A program made the translations under genes and the position numbers. The notes under the pieces are model-generated. The model did no database searches. It had not been told where the DNA came from and saw only the letters and a program-made list of their open reading frames with translations. A stretch of 63,235 nt of DNA, the filler included, from Octopus bimaculoides (taxonomy: Eukaryota), in assembly GCF_001194135.2 (NCBI RefSeq). It is 5 parts of 5 records of this genome, joined end to end, with 100 filler letters (N's around TTAATTAATTAA, not from the genome) between each part and the next. Parts side by side here need not be neighbours in the genome. Positions count along the whole stretch, not along the records: positions 19,905 to 41,224 come from NC_068999.1; 4 more parts are not named here. One strand, 5' to 3'. Of the stretch, positions 24,789-38,000 are shown in pieces. Every line of letters begins with the position of its first letter. Position 1 is the stretch's first letter.

Positions 24789-25168
24789 NNNNNNNNNNNN
24801 NNNNNNNNNNNNNNNNNNNNNNNNNNNNNNNNNNNNNNNNNNNNNNNNNNNNNNNNNNNNNNNNNNNNNNNNNNNNNNNNNNNNNNNNNNNNNNNNNNNN
24901 NNNNNNNNNNNNNNNNNNNNNNNNNNNNNNNNNNNNNNNNNNNNNNNNNNNNNNNNNNNNNNNNNNNNNNNNNNNNNNNNNNNNNNNNNNNNNNNNNNNN
25001 NNNNNNNNNNNNNNNNNNNNNNNNNNNNNNNNNNNNNNNNNNNNNNNNNNNNNNNNNNNNNNNNNNNNNNNNNNNNNNNNNNNNNNNNNNNNNNNNNNNN
25101 NNNNNNNNNNNNNNNNNNNNNNNNNNNNNNNNNNNNNNNNNNNNNNNNNNNNNNNNNNNNNNNNNNNN

Positions 25169-25222
<54 letters not shown>

Positions 25223-25224
<2 letters not shown>

Positions 25225-25665
25225 TGGAGCATTGGGCATGATAAAAAATATATGAACAAAAAAGTAGAAGTTATACCTGAACCCTCAATACTACACACTA
25301 TCCAAAATATAGCACTGCTAGGAACAGCCTACATCCTACGCAAGGCATTATCAATTCAATAATACAACTTAAACAAAACAATCCGAAAAACATCAATGGA
25401 TAGCAAATATCCATTGAAATAAACTACCACCAGCCGGCTGGAAACTCAACGCATTACATACAAAACACACAATACAAACACTAATACAACAAAAAAACTG
25501 CACCACACCCCATAATAAAAGAGAAACTGACGCAATACAATACCGGGAAGAGTTTGCGCACTCCCAACAACAAAAAGGAACATACAATGCTGCACACACC
25601 CCAGCAATACGGAAGTGTAGCAGGTGATGCTGTAAAAATGTGCCTGAAACTACAAGATGTGGAAT
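25223..25665 (+). mobile_element. R4/Dong subfamily C 3' fragment between (AAT)n tracts
   Basis: IGALGMIKKYMNKKVEVIPEPSILHTIQNIALLGTAYILRKALSIQ* plus about 300 bp of 3' UTR. Confidence 0.8.
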
Positions 25666-25689
25666 AATAATGATAATAATGATAACAAT

Positions 25690-28600
25690 AAACACCATGT
25701 ACAAAAAAATTACAAACAGATTAAATAATACCGGTATTATTCCACCCAAGAGTAACAACCGAGAATTGCGTACTGTAAGCTTGTTACGCAAAAAGTACGA
25801 AGATCTGAACGTGCAAAACAATCTGACAACAGAAATAAACGGACCGATACCCTACGAAAACGACGACCGTCAAAATAAAGGGCCGGACGTTGTTCCTCAT
25901 GTCCCGCAAACAAAACCAAAACGGCATAAATGGACACGTGAGGAATACATTTCGATCCTATACGCCTATTTTACGGCAGTGCTCTACCCAAAAAAACGGA
26001 AACGCAACAACACATACATATAAAATATGGAAGAAAAATAATCTAAATAAAGACCTCGATAAAACAATGAACCCTAACAAACTAGCTAACATAAGAAGAT
26101 ACATTCTCAAAGCAAAAAAATATCAGAAATAGAAATAGAACAATTGAAAGGAAAAATACATCAGGAAAATCTAGATAGTAGTCACACAAAAATGCCAAAT
26201 AATAATATAAACACTGAGAGTAAAACACGAGAATAAACGTAACTTCTCCAGCAAAAACGAAGTAAACAAAAAACAACAAACCCAGACCGTAGAGATGTAT
26301 AATAATGTACAAAAAGCACCAATCCAGAACACCACGGATAAACATATGAATGAAAAGGAAGGCAAAACAAATCTAAAACCTGGGAATAACGAAGGGAAAC
26401 CTAATAATTATGATACTATGAAAATGAGAATAATCAAAGAACTGAAAACCACAGATCTTAGAATGGACCACAGATTATATCTCCCAAAAATCAAAATAGA
26501 CAATAAAACAACATCAATAATAAATAGCATAAACCTGGCCGTCACGGAACTAACAACCACAGAAACAACTGGCAATATCACTGAGCTAAATGACACAATA
26601 TATGCGGCAGCCACTGCATCCACNNNNNNNNNNNNNNNNNNNNNNNNNNNNNNNNNNNNNNNNNNNNNNNNNNNNNNNNNNNNNNNNNNNNNNNNNNNNN
26701 NNNNNNNNNNNNNNNNNNNNNNNNNNNNNNNNNNNNNNNNNNNNNNNNNNNNNNNNNNNNNNNNNNNNNNNNNNNNNNNNNNNNNNNNNNNNNNNNNNNN
26801 NNNNNNNNNNNNNNNNNNNNNNNNNNNNNNNNNNNNNNNNNNNNNNNNNNNNNNNNNNNNNNNNNNNNNNNNNNNNNNNNNNNNNNNNNNNNNNNNNNNN
26901 NNNNNNNNNNNNNNNNNNNNNNNNNNNNNNNNNNNNNNNNNNNNNNNNNNNNNNNNNNNNNNNNNNNNNNNNNNNNNNNNNNNNNNNNNNNNNNNNNNNN
27001 NNNNNNNNNNNNNNNNNNNNNNNNNNNNNNNNNNNNNNNNNNNNNNNNNNNNNNNNNNNNNNNNNNNNNNNNNNNNNNNNNNNNNNNNNNNNNNNNNNNN
27101 NNNNNNNNNNNNNNNNNNNNNNNNNNNNNNNNNNNNNNNNNNNNNNNNNNNNNNNNNNNNNNNNNNNNNNNNNNNNNNNNNNNNNNNNNNNNNNNNNNNN
27201 NNNNNNNNNNNNNNNNNNNNNNNNNNNNNNNNNNNNNNNNNNNNNNNNNNNNNNNNNNNNNNNNNNNNNNNNNNNNNNNNNNNNNNNNNNNNNNNNNNNN
27301 NNNNNNNNNNNNNNNNNNNNNNNNNNNNNNNNNNNNNNNNNNNNNNNNNNNNNNNNNNNNNNNNNNNNNNNNNNNTCTTAATCCCCAAATCCACGGAAAC
27401 GGAGAAACCACAAAACTATAGACCTATAACCTGTCTCCCTACGATCTACAAAGCCTTTACTGCAATAATATCGCAGAGATTGAGTAAGCACCCGGAAAAT
27501 AACAAACTGCTTCCAGAAGAGTAGAAGGGATGCTGTAAGGGCTCATACGGCTGTAAAGATCAATTATTGATCAATAAAGCCATAACTGAAGACAGCCGCA
27601 GAAAGAAGAAAGGCCTCAGTATGGCCTGGGTGGACTACCAAAAGGCTTTCGACAGTGTTCCCCACACGTGGATTCTCGATACACTAGCTATAAACAAGGT
27701 AGCACCAATTATTATAAAATACATAAAGCACTCCATGAATAAATGGCAGACAGTGCTACAGCTCGAAACAAAGGAGGGACTTGTGAAAACGAAAGCCATC
27801 CCCATTAGAAGGGTAATATTCCAGGGAGACACGCACTCTCCACTCCTGTTCTGCTTGGCACTCACACCTTTAACTGAATTGCTAAATAGAACTGGATGCG
27901 GATACAAATGTTACAGAAAAACAGTCAGGCACCTTTTATATATGGATGACCTAAAATTATACGCCAGAAATGACAAAGATCTAGAAACACTACTACAGAC
28001 AGTACATGGCTTTACCAAGAAAATAGATATGAAATTCGGATTAGAAAAATGTGCCAAAGCAACACTGAAAGGAGGAAAATTAGTTAAAAGTAGCAACATC
28101 ACACTAGATAAAGCCAATGAAATAAGAGAACTAGACGAAAGCCAGCCATACAAATATTTAGAAATCAAAGAACTAGATAGGATACAACACACACAAATGA
28201 AATAAAGAAAGAGTACTATAGACGAGTTAGATCAATACTAAAAACAGAGCTCAATGCTAAAAACAAGATAATAGGTATTAACACTTTAGCTGTCCCAGTT
28301 ATAAGTTACAGCTACAATATCCTTAACTGGNNNNNNNNNNNNNNNNNNNNNNNNNNNNNNNNNNNNNNNNNNNNNNNNNNNNNNNNNNNNNNNNNNNNNN
28401 NNNNNNNNNNNNNNNNNNNNNNNNNNNNNNNNNNNNNNNNNNNNNNNNNNNNNNNNNNNNNNNNNNNNNNNNNNNNNNNNNNNNNNNNNNNNNNNNNNNN
28501 NNNNNNNNNNNNNNNNNNNNNNNNNNNNNNNNNNNNNNNNNNNNNNNNNNNNNNNNNNNNNNNNNNNNNNNNNNNNNNNNNNNNNNNNNNNNNNNNNNNN

Positions 28601-29442
28601 NNNNNNNNNNNNNNNNNNNNNNNNNNNNNNNNNNNNNNNNNNNNNNNNNNNNNNNNNNNNNNNNNNNNNNNNNNNNNNNNNNNNNNNNNNNNNNNNNNNN
28701 NNNNNNNNNNNNNNNNNNNNNNNNNNNNNNNNNNNNNNNNNNNNNNNNNNNNNNNNNNNNNNNNNNNNNNNNNNNNNNNNNNNNNNNNNNNNNNNNNNNN
28801 NNNNNNNNNNNNNNNNNNNNNNNNNNNNNNNNNNNNNNNNNNNNNNNNNNNNNNNNNNNNNNNNNNNNNNNNNNNNNNNNNNNNNNNNNNNNNNNNNNNN
28901 NNNNNNNNNNNNNNNNNNNNNNNNNNNNNNNNNNNNNNNNNNNNNNNNNNNNNNNNNNNNNNNNNNNNNNNNNNNNNNNNNNNNNNNNNNNNNNNNNNNN
29001 NNNNNNNNNNNNNNNNNNNNNNNNNNNNNNNNNNNNNNNNNNNNNNNNNNNNNNNNNNNNNNNNNNNNNNNNNNNNNNNNNNNNNNNNNNNNNNNNNNNN
29101 NNNNNNNNNNNNNNNNNNNNNNNNNNNNNNNNNNNNNNNNNNNNNNNNNNNNNNNNNNNNNNNNNNNNNNNNNNNNNNNNNNNNNNNNNNNNNNNNNNNN
29201 NATAGTAGGTGCCTTAGGTATAATAAAAAAATATTCAGACAAATACATAACAAAAACACCAGGACTTACAAATATATATAACATACAGAAAATTGCACTT
29301 CTGGGCACTGCACACATCCTACGCAAAACACTTTCAATACAGTAACCATAAGAGCATCACAGCAAACCACAGCACATACCCAAGGCACACAGAGCTGCGC
29401 TCGGTAGTGAAGTGAAAGCACGTTATAAAAATAAAACTACTG
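25690..29442 (+). mobile_element. Near full-length R4/Dong-like element (subfamily B), frameshifted, with two gaps
   Basis: N-terminus KRHKWTREEYISILYAYF; RT NYRPITCLPTIYK, DYQKAFDSVPH, FQGDTHSPLLF, LLYMDDLKLY, FGLEKC; RLE end VGALGIIKKY...IQKIALLGTAHILRKTLSIQ*. AAT repeats at both ends. Continuity across the gaps is assumed. Confidence 0.85.
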
Positions 29443-29490
29443 AATAATAATAATAATAATAATAATAAATATAATAATAATAATAATAAT

Positions 29491-32400
29491 GATGATGATG
29501 ATGATGATGATGATTTCTTTTATTCGCCACCGGGGCAAAGGATGAGGAAGACAATACAAAGACAGACATAAAATGTGAGGGTTTACATATAATGTAAAAG
29601 CATACTCGGTATATATTAGAAGGGAAATATACATAGTATATGACACTAGAAAAAGAGGAAAAAAGTGATTGTGATGGGATCTCCTGATTCAGGAGGACCT
29701 TTAGGGATAATCAAGGAACCCACCATCCAAGATCACCCTGAATACCAAGGACGAGAGCCCTCTCCAACTTCTTTCTTCTGACTCACAGCTCTACACTGAG
29801 AGTGGTACCCTCCACTCTTGCCATTTTCGCAACTTTCACCCACCTTTTCATAAATTCACTCGAGGACAGCACCTCCCTCTCCACCCTCACTTTCCTTTTC
29901 AAGTGAAACTTGAAAAGGTCGATGAGGGCTTTACCAAAGAGGAAAGTTTCTGTCCTCATTCCTTTCAGCCTCAGCCACCAGATAACCTCTTTCGCCACAG
30001 ACACCGGACAAAGGAAAACTGCCTTGCCAGCCTGATTAAAGGAGGGCGGCAGGGCAATCGTCATTATGGACTCGGACGACAGACGAATCTGTCCCACACG
30101 CGATAGCAGCTGTTCGACATAACTCCACAAATCAGTAATGTTCGAATACTGAACGAGTGCATGCAGAACAGTTTCGTCGCTCTGCGAGCACCTCAGACCA
30201 GCCCGTCTGACTGCACATCCGTGCGTAGAGAGTTTATCCCGAATCGGTAGCGCCCCCTCCCGTAGCACTGCCAGGCCAAAGACATATGGAAATTATCCAT
30301 AACAGTCCCTATCCGGAAACTCCCCCGGAATAGACTTGCCAGTTCGTCTTCGTTGACGCTTAGGGTCTCCCCGAGGACGTCGTCGCACTTCTCCGCTACT
30401 AATCTTATGTGAAACTCTAAAGTGGAACATCCAGCGATCCTATTGCCCGGCTTGTAGTGGACAGTGAGCGCTTGACGACATTCTAAGTGCCAGACGCCCA
30501 GTCTCGGTCTATCTCCGGCAAGGAGACGAGCTGCATAAAGGCGTATCTCACAAACGGAACCCACACACGTTCACCTTATAGCAAACGCTGCAGGTGGAGC
30601 AACCTGAGTACGTGTCTGCGCATTAAAAGCCATGGCATGCCTAAGCCTCCACACAGAAGATATGGGCAGCAGACCGACCACCTGACAATTGGAATGCGCC
30701 CCTTCCACAAGAAAAGCAACAGGATACCCTCCAATCTAATCAAGCAGTAACTGGAGCAAGGCACAACGGTCATACGATAAATAATCACAGAGGCGATGTA
30801 GGCATTCGCCACCTCTGCCCGTCCTTTCAAAGACAGCTTACTCTCTGCCCATCTCTGGGTAAGAGAGGCCACCCTGTTCGTCACCTCTTCCCAATTCTTA
30901 TCCACCTGGAGGTCGGTACCAAACCAGACCCCGAACAGTTTAACTGGTCCGTCAGTCCAGCAACCGATGATGCCGTCCAACGGCATTGATCTACCTCTCC
31001 AGATACCCAGACGCAATCTCACCGACTTGTCAGCATTGACTTTAGTTCTTGCAACTGACTTATATTCCTTTACAATAGACCGACCGTTTCCATTTCGGAG
31101 GCGTCCAACACCATGACGGTGACGTCGTCCGTGTATGCAGACACTGCCCTCCCGAGTCTAATTTCGAAAGGGAGGCCTCTTAACTGTTCCAACTTTCGCA
31201 GCAGTGGCTCGAGAGCCAGTACATACAGAAGAAGTCACAGCGAGTAGCCCTGACGGACCGAACGTGCGATACAAAACGATTCCGATAGGTGGCCATTTAC
31301 TTTGTCGTTCCAACAGCCTTTTATCAATAGATTTTTTTTTAATCCCCACAGTTCCTGGGAATTTTTCTTATCATAGTTTTATAAAAGTTTGACGACGTTT
31401 TATTTAAAAGTCTGTCCTTGGGTGTTTTGAGGATGAAATTCTCTAATTCTTTCCCTCTGTCTCTATACAATTTTTATTTTGATTAACAAAATCCATCAAT
31501 TCACTGTTACATTTGTTCACGACAGGGAAATTGATGGATACAGTTTGTCTACAGTCTGATGAATANNNNNNNNNNAGTTCTGGAATTGGTTGTTTCTCAG
31601 TTTCTTTAATTTCATGCTGTTGTTGATGATGTTGCTGTTTTTGAAGTTGTTGATTTTGTTCTTGCTGTTTTTGTTGGAGTGATTGTGAATTGTGTAGCAG
31701 CTGTGGTTTTAGAATAAGTTTTTGTTGATTTCTTGGAGTAGGGCTATGTACTCTCCTCCTCTTTCGCCTACCTCCTTTTGTCACTGGGATCCATCGATCG
31801 TTCAGCTCTTCCTTCTCCATGTCATTACGGTTGATGTTGGTTTGGGAGGAAGAGCATTCAGGAGAAACTTCCTTTTCCGTGGCAACCGGGGATAGACTCC
31901 TTCCTTGTCTTGGTTTGGGAATTGGTGTGAGTGTGGGTGTGGGAGAAGGTGTAGGAGCACTTGTTTATGATTTTGCCCTTGTGGTATTTGTAATGTTGCC
32001 AGCAGTGAAACTTTATTTTCCATTGTTTCAGGGCAGGAAACCTTTAAGTGTTTTAGAGATCCAAATTTGTGGCATCTTGGCTTTCTACCCTCCACGAACA
32101 CTGACAGGTGAGTGCCATCTGGGAGATCAATTAGATCGGGTAGCTGGTCGATATGGTCCTGCTTGCATTGCAAGGTCAGTTCCATACCTATACCTAACCA
32201 GTTTTGCTTAGGTAGTTTCTTGACCTCCAGTATTGTGACTTCGTCTTCTTCTAAACCTGCCAAGACGGCCGCCAGTGACCAGGTAGTGGATATTTCTGGC
32301 GGCGCATTCACCACCCTAATCTTGGCAAGACATTGGCCGCGATAGCTGGGGATTAAGAAAAAGTCATTCCTCAAAGTGGTTGCAGAATTACATCTAACTA

Positions 32401-32870
32401 CTTCTTCTATCCCAAATCTCACATGAATAGTTCCAAACTTCTTTCCGTGGGTGATGTGAGTCTTTTGTTCCCACACGCACCCAGCTTTGTACTTCGCTCT
32501 CGGGAGCATTTTCCACCCGCCGAGATTTGACTCTGATGCAACGGTATGTGACCGTGCATCTTGCAATATTTTCTATCACGTCGGATGAAGGGTTTAGAGC
32601 TACCCTTCTCCCATCTCTTTTTACAATTTTTTCTTGCTAATTTTAATTCTTCTTCATCTATGTGGAAACTTTCCATATTTCTCGCCGCGTTTTTATGTTT
32701 AATTCTTTCGCATTGTTGTTGCTGTTGTTATTGTTGTTGCTGTCACTGCTGCTGCTGTTGTTGTTCTCGTTGTCGACACCGAAAATTTTGACATTGCTTA
32801 GAGACGAAACATTTTTCGCTTCCGTGGCGTCATTAAGTTTAGGCCATTCCAAAATGACATTCTCAATTCT
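29491..32870 (-). mobile_element. Tx1/L1-clade LINE with ORF1 (about 31443-32852) and ORF2 3' half (about 29783-31300); endonuclease and early RT deleted
   Basis: ORF1 knuckle GRKPRCHKFGSLKHLKVSC and Q-rich tail. ORF2 VNGHLSESFCIARSVRQG, SAYTDDVTV, KLFGVWF, LSLKGRAEV, FLWKG...GGLG, ETVLHAL. AATAAA then an (ATC)n tail. Confidence 0.85.
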
Positions 32871-32884
32871 TTGCTTACAGTTCT

Positions 32885-32955
32885 ATATTTAAGAGATGAG
32901 GAATTATGTGCATTATTTACATTATTTATATTTGACGGATATTTGTCCTTATTAC
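32885..32955 (-). mobile_element. 3' tail fragment of the hammerhead-bearing SINE-like family
   Basis: Reverse complement of GACAAATATCCGTCAAAT...CATAATTCCTCATCTCTTAAAT, as in 19298-19355. Confidence 0.75.
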
Positions 32956-32959
32956 ACAA

Positions 32960-33462
32960 TTTTCAGTTTTGATGACGCCGGCCTTCTTCGTGTGTTTGAA
33001 CAGTGACTTTACGGCATTTTTTATATATCACCCTAGGTTGCTTTCCTCTGCTTCGATACAGTTCTGGAAACTGATCAAACCTCTCTCACCCTTTCTTCTG
33101 AACAAGTACAGCCTATCGGGTGGAAGGCTTCATGTACTGTCAACATTTTTCTGATCTTGGTATCCATTTTCATCACTTCTCTTTTCTGTCATTTTATAAT
33201 TCCCGCTCTATACCGAAGTGATGCTATCGCCTACATATTAACTATTTGAATTTTATTCCATCCGGTAAATTTTGAGCGCAGCACCAATCTTAGTCTTCGG
33301 AAAAATTCCTTCCTCAGTTGCTATTTCACTTCCTTCCGTTTCAATTTGTTTAATCAAGTCTCTTTTCGGTAATTCTATCCTTGCTAGTGACTGTACCTTG
33401 CTTCGTCATAGATAGATTATTCCGCACTTCTTGAGTCCAAATTCCATTCTATCAGCTCTATT
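32960..33462 (-). mobile_element. R4/Dong RT C-terminal fragment (subfamily E), next to an (AAT)/(ATT) tract at 33463-33578
   Basis: MEFGLKKCG...MDTKIRKMLTVHEAFHP; paralogous to 35850-36390. Confidence 0.8.
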
Positions 33463-33478
33463 AATAATAATAATAATA

Positions 33479-33578
<100 letters not shown>

Positions 33579-33579
33579 G

Positions 33580-34490
33580 AGTGAGAGAGCAGTGCATGCC
33601 ATCAGAGTGACAATTATTAGTACTACTACCACCTTTTTCATCGATCACAACTGCTTAACCTCCCAAGCTAACCTGTCATATCTCTCGATTTTTCTTTCTT
33701 CCTTATCGCATACCTTGTTGTCAGCTGGGCATGCTATATCTATGATCCAGCATCGTGTGCTTTCTTTCTCAATTAAGACTATGTCTGGTTTCTTATTCTC
33801 TATTTCATGGTCGCACTGAATCACTGGATCATAAAATCCCATAGGATCTTTGCATTATCATTTTCGATGATGCCTTCGGATTTATGTTCGTACCACTTTT
33901 TTTGCTCTGTCAAGACCATAGTTGTTGCAAAATGTCCAATGGACAAGCCTTGCTATGTTGTCCTGATGTCTCTTAGATTCTTTCTGGGCTAGTGGCATGC
34001 ATTGACTGGTAATATACCATACGGATTCACCATTTTGTCCACAAATTCTGCACTTGTCGCTTTCTGATGTGTTGTCTATTCTGTATTTGATGTAATTGGT
34101 TCTTAATGCTTGCTCTTGGGCAGCAGATATTAGAGCTTCCGTTTCCGGTTTTAAATCACTTTTAGTTATGCATAGCCATCTTTTTTCTCTGTCTGTCTTA
34201 TCTACAACATCTCTATGAAATTGTTCATGCATTCTTTTCTTTACCCACCTATTTTCAGTTTCATTCGTTTTGAATTGCTTGTACAGTGCTTATCTTTGCA
34301 ATCTTTCATCCTACACAAGCCTGAGCTACTTACTTCTAATAATAACGGTTCTGTGGCATTTTTTTTTTTTACATACAACGCTATGTTGTTTTCTTCTGCT
34401 CTAATGCTGTGTTCGCATCCAATAAGTCCTCTTCCCCCTCTTTTTCTTGGTACAATATTTTGTTTTTTCATTGTTACTCATATGAGATAG
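33580..34490 (-). mobile_element. R4/Dong 3' fragment with CCHC motif and RLE endonuclease (subfamily D)
   Basis: GGRGL, LKPETEALISAAQEQALRTNY, CRICGQNGESV, KKPDIVLIEK...IIDIACPADNKV. Confidence 0.85.
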
Positions 34491-34907
34491 CGATTATCAG
34501 GTTGCACAATTATCAGTGTTTTTATTGTGACACCATCACTAGATGTATCATCGATCAGGACATGGAGTGATTTCAACTGCTCCCTTTCATTATTATTATT
34601 ATCATCACTGATATAATTTTTTAAATTTTTTACTATTTGTCATTGTTAATATTTCCTTTAAACAGGGCATGAGTTTTGGCTAATTGTCATTAGCATTTTC
34701 GTGTTAATACCAGGCTCCGGGTTTTATCTGTTAAAGTAGACAATTTGATAAAGCACCGCTTCTATAATTATAAACAAATAAATATAATCAAACGAGACAA
34801 ATAACAAACAAAAAACTAATATCCACCCCTATTTTTCTGTGGGGGGGGTATATATTTGTTTAATGCCGCGGGGAGGGATATACATATATCTGTTATATAG
34901 TAATATT

Positions 34908-34945
<38 letters not shown>

Positions 34946-34963
34946 GAAGAAGAAGAAGAAGAA

Positions 34964-35000
<37 letters not shown>

Positions 35001-35002
35001 TA

Positions 35003-38000
35003 TATGAAAACTAACAACTTCTTTTGCTGGGTGTGAAGGAAAGTGTCAGCTGGCCACAACCAGCAGACTAAGGTGACATTTGTTTACCAGTCAGGCTTCA
35101 AGAATCCTGCGAAGAATTCTTGCAGTTCCAAGCAATGTTGATTTTTGTAGGTGTTCTACCTTCACACTTGCACCGATCTTTTTCAGCCATGTTGGCAGTT
35201 GAGTGCTGATACTTCCCACAGCCTTTGTATTTCCCACTTTAAATCATCATAGTTGTTTCTTTTTTCTTCTTCTTTCACATTGATCTTGTTGTCACAGAGG
35301 CATGCTATTTCGATTATCATACATGTTCTTTCTTTTTTATTCACCACAACAATGTCCGATTTCCTTGGTCTTGTCAGGTGATCGCACTGGATCATTACAT
35401 CCCAGAGGATTTTGCAGTTCTCATTTTCGGTGTCTCCTTCTAGTGTTTGCTCATACCACGTCTTTGCTCTTTGTAGGCCGTGATTTCCACAGAGCCCCCA
35501 ACGGATCGTTCTTGCCACATTGTCATGGCGTCGTTTGTATTTACGTTATGCCAATTTCGGGCATTCGCTAACCATGTCCTTACCTTTCACCCCTCTCACC
35601 ACACATTATTATGCATTTGTCGCTATCGGTAGTGTTGTCAATTCGGCACTTCATATAATTGGTCCTTAACGCTTGTTCTTTTGCTGCACATATGAGTGCT
35701 TCTGTCTCTATCTCAGGTCACTCCTCCTCGTCCATAGCCACCGGTCCCCTATATCTGTCTTGGCGTTGACATCTCTTGCTAACTGACTGTACATTTTTTC
35801 GTTCCATGCTTTTCCTTTTTTTTTTTTTTTCATTTCTTGTTTAAATTTTCCTTTCATTACACAATTTTCAGTTTTGATGACGCCGGCCTTCTTCGTGTGT
35901 TTCAACAGTGACTCTACGGCATTTTTTATATATCATCTTAGGCTGTTTTCCTCTGCTTCGATACAGTCATGGAAACTCATCAAACCTCTCCCACCCTTTC
36001 TTCTGGAAAAATACAGCCTATCGGTGTCACTCTTAGGGTGGAAGGCTTCGTGTACTGCCAACATTTTTCTGGTCTTGGTATCCATTTTCTTCATTTCTCT
36101 CCTTTGCCATTTTATAATTCCCGTCCCATACTGAAGTGAAGCTATCGTCCATGTATTAACTGCTTGGATTTTATTCCATCCGGTCAATTTTGAGAGCAAC
36201 ACCAACCTCAGTCTTCGGAAATACTCCATCTTCAGTTGCCCTTACATTTCCTTTTCCATTATCTAGTACACCAAAGTATTTGTAGCCTTCCGTTTCAATT
36301 AGCTTAATGAAGTCTCTATTCGGTAATTCTATCCTTGCTAGGGACTGTATCTTGCCTCTTTTTAGGTAGATTACTCCTCACTTCTTGAGTCCAAATTCTA
36401 TTCTATTAGCAGTACTAAAACAGTGGACTGTGCTCACCAAGGAACTTACTTCTGGCTCATCTTTGTCATACAGTTTCAAATCATTCATGAAGAAGAGGAG
36501 GTTGATTGTTTGGGATTTTTCCTTTAGTTGGTAACCCAGGTTCATTTTCTTGAGTACGAAGGTCAGGGGTATCATGCAGAGAACGAAAAGGAGATAGGCC
36601 GTCACCCTGGAAAATCCCTCTTCTGATACCCAGGATGCCCAAGCTTTTCCTGTAAAATGTCAGTTCAGTTTTTCATCCCACCATACTTCTCTTCAGGAAA
36701 CACGTTACATTCCTAGCAATTCCAAACAGATCGAAGCACTCGATGATTCACGAATGTGGAATCATATCATAAGCTGTGAAATGGATAGCTTCTTGTTGGG
36801 GATAAGAAGCTGTTTGCTTCAGGCTACAGAGCCATTCAGCTGTAGTATTATGTTGTTCTTGCTTACTCCATATCTTAACCCGCAAAAGTCGACTTTTATC
36901 AGCATCAGGGACTAATCTTTCACGTTTTTTTTGTCGTCATTAATCCCTTGATAAAATCTTTTTTGGTTGGTTCTAAACAATTTGTTTTACTGGTATTGCT
37001 TAATCCGTTGTTCAAACCTAGTTAGCTTTGCTTTGTATGTATGCGCTGCTTCAGTTCTTCAATTACAACATTCAGGCCTCTTCAGGCCATACATCTTCCA
37101 AACTTTTTCGAATTTCCATTCATTCTTAAGTTCTCCATTTCTTTTCCTGCTTCAGAAGTTCTCTTCCACCACGGTTGTTTATTTCCTCTTCTATCCGTCG
37201 CTGTTCTATTCTCAGTAGTTCTCAATCCAGTCCTTTCCGCCACAATCCTGCTTGCAGCTTTGATAAGATTATTAGTTTGTGTGATGTTCTTTGTTTGAAT
37301 GTGTCTCAGTACAATATTAACTTTATACGTCTATTGATTTAGTTTCCATTGGTTAGCCTTCTTAAAGTCGCACATAAATTCTGTCCCTTCTATATTTAAT
37401 AGATCCAAAATTCTGTTTGTTATTAATCGATCTTCATTATTTGAGCAGTCACTGATCTCAATTCTTTCACAATTCACTGTATTATATTCTTGCAAATATC
37501 TTCAACTATCTTCCACTATACCACTTTCATTTCTCGCATGCCCGACCTCACTCGACATCCTTCTTTTAATAGCTTCTAGCTCCAATTCTGTTAACCATCC
37601 ATTCTTTCGTTTTGCTCTTTCTTGGTCATATAATCTCAGTTCAGTAATTTCGAACAGTTCCATTGCCTTCTATTCACTGTGCATTCGTTTTCTGTACTCT
37701 CTGATAGGCACACCATTCGCATCCACTGAGGTGCTCCGGTAGTAACACTCCATAACCATCATGTTTACTTCTTTACTCCACCTATGACTTGTAGCATGGT
37801 AGCAGTTTCTAGATTATGACCGGGCACACTCTGATACACAGTGGGGCACCTACCGGGTGCGGCACATGCCGGGTGCAGCACCTTCACCATTGGTTCCAGT
37901 GCCGTTCACATCTTTATCGTCATTTATTTTGCTTGGCATTTTCTCTCACAAATGAGGTGTGTTTTTAGGTTACTACCAACCATTATTTTTATCGAGACAC

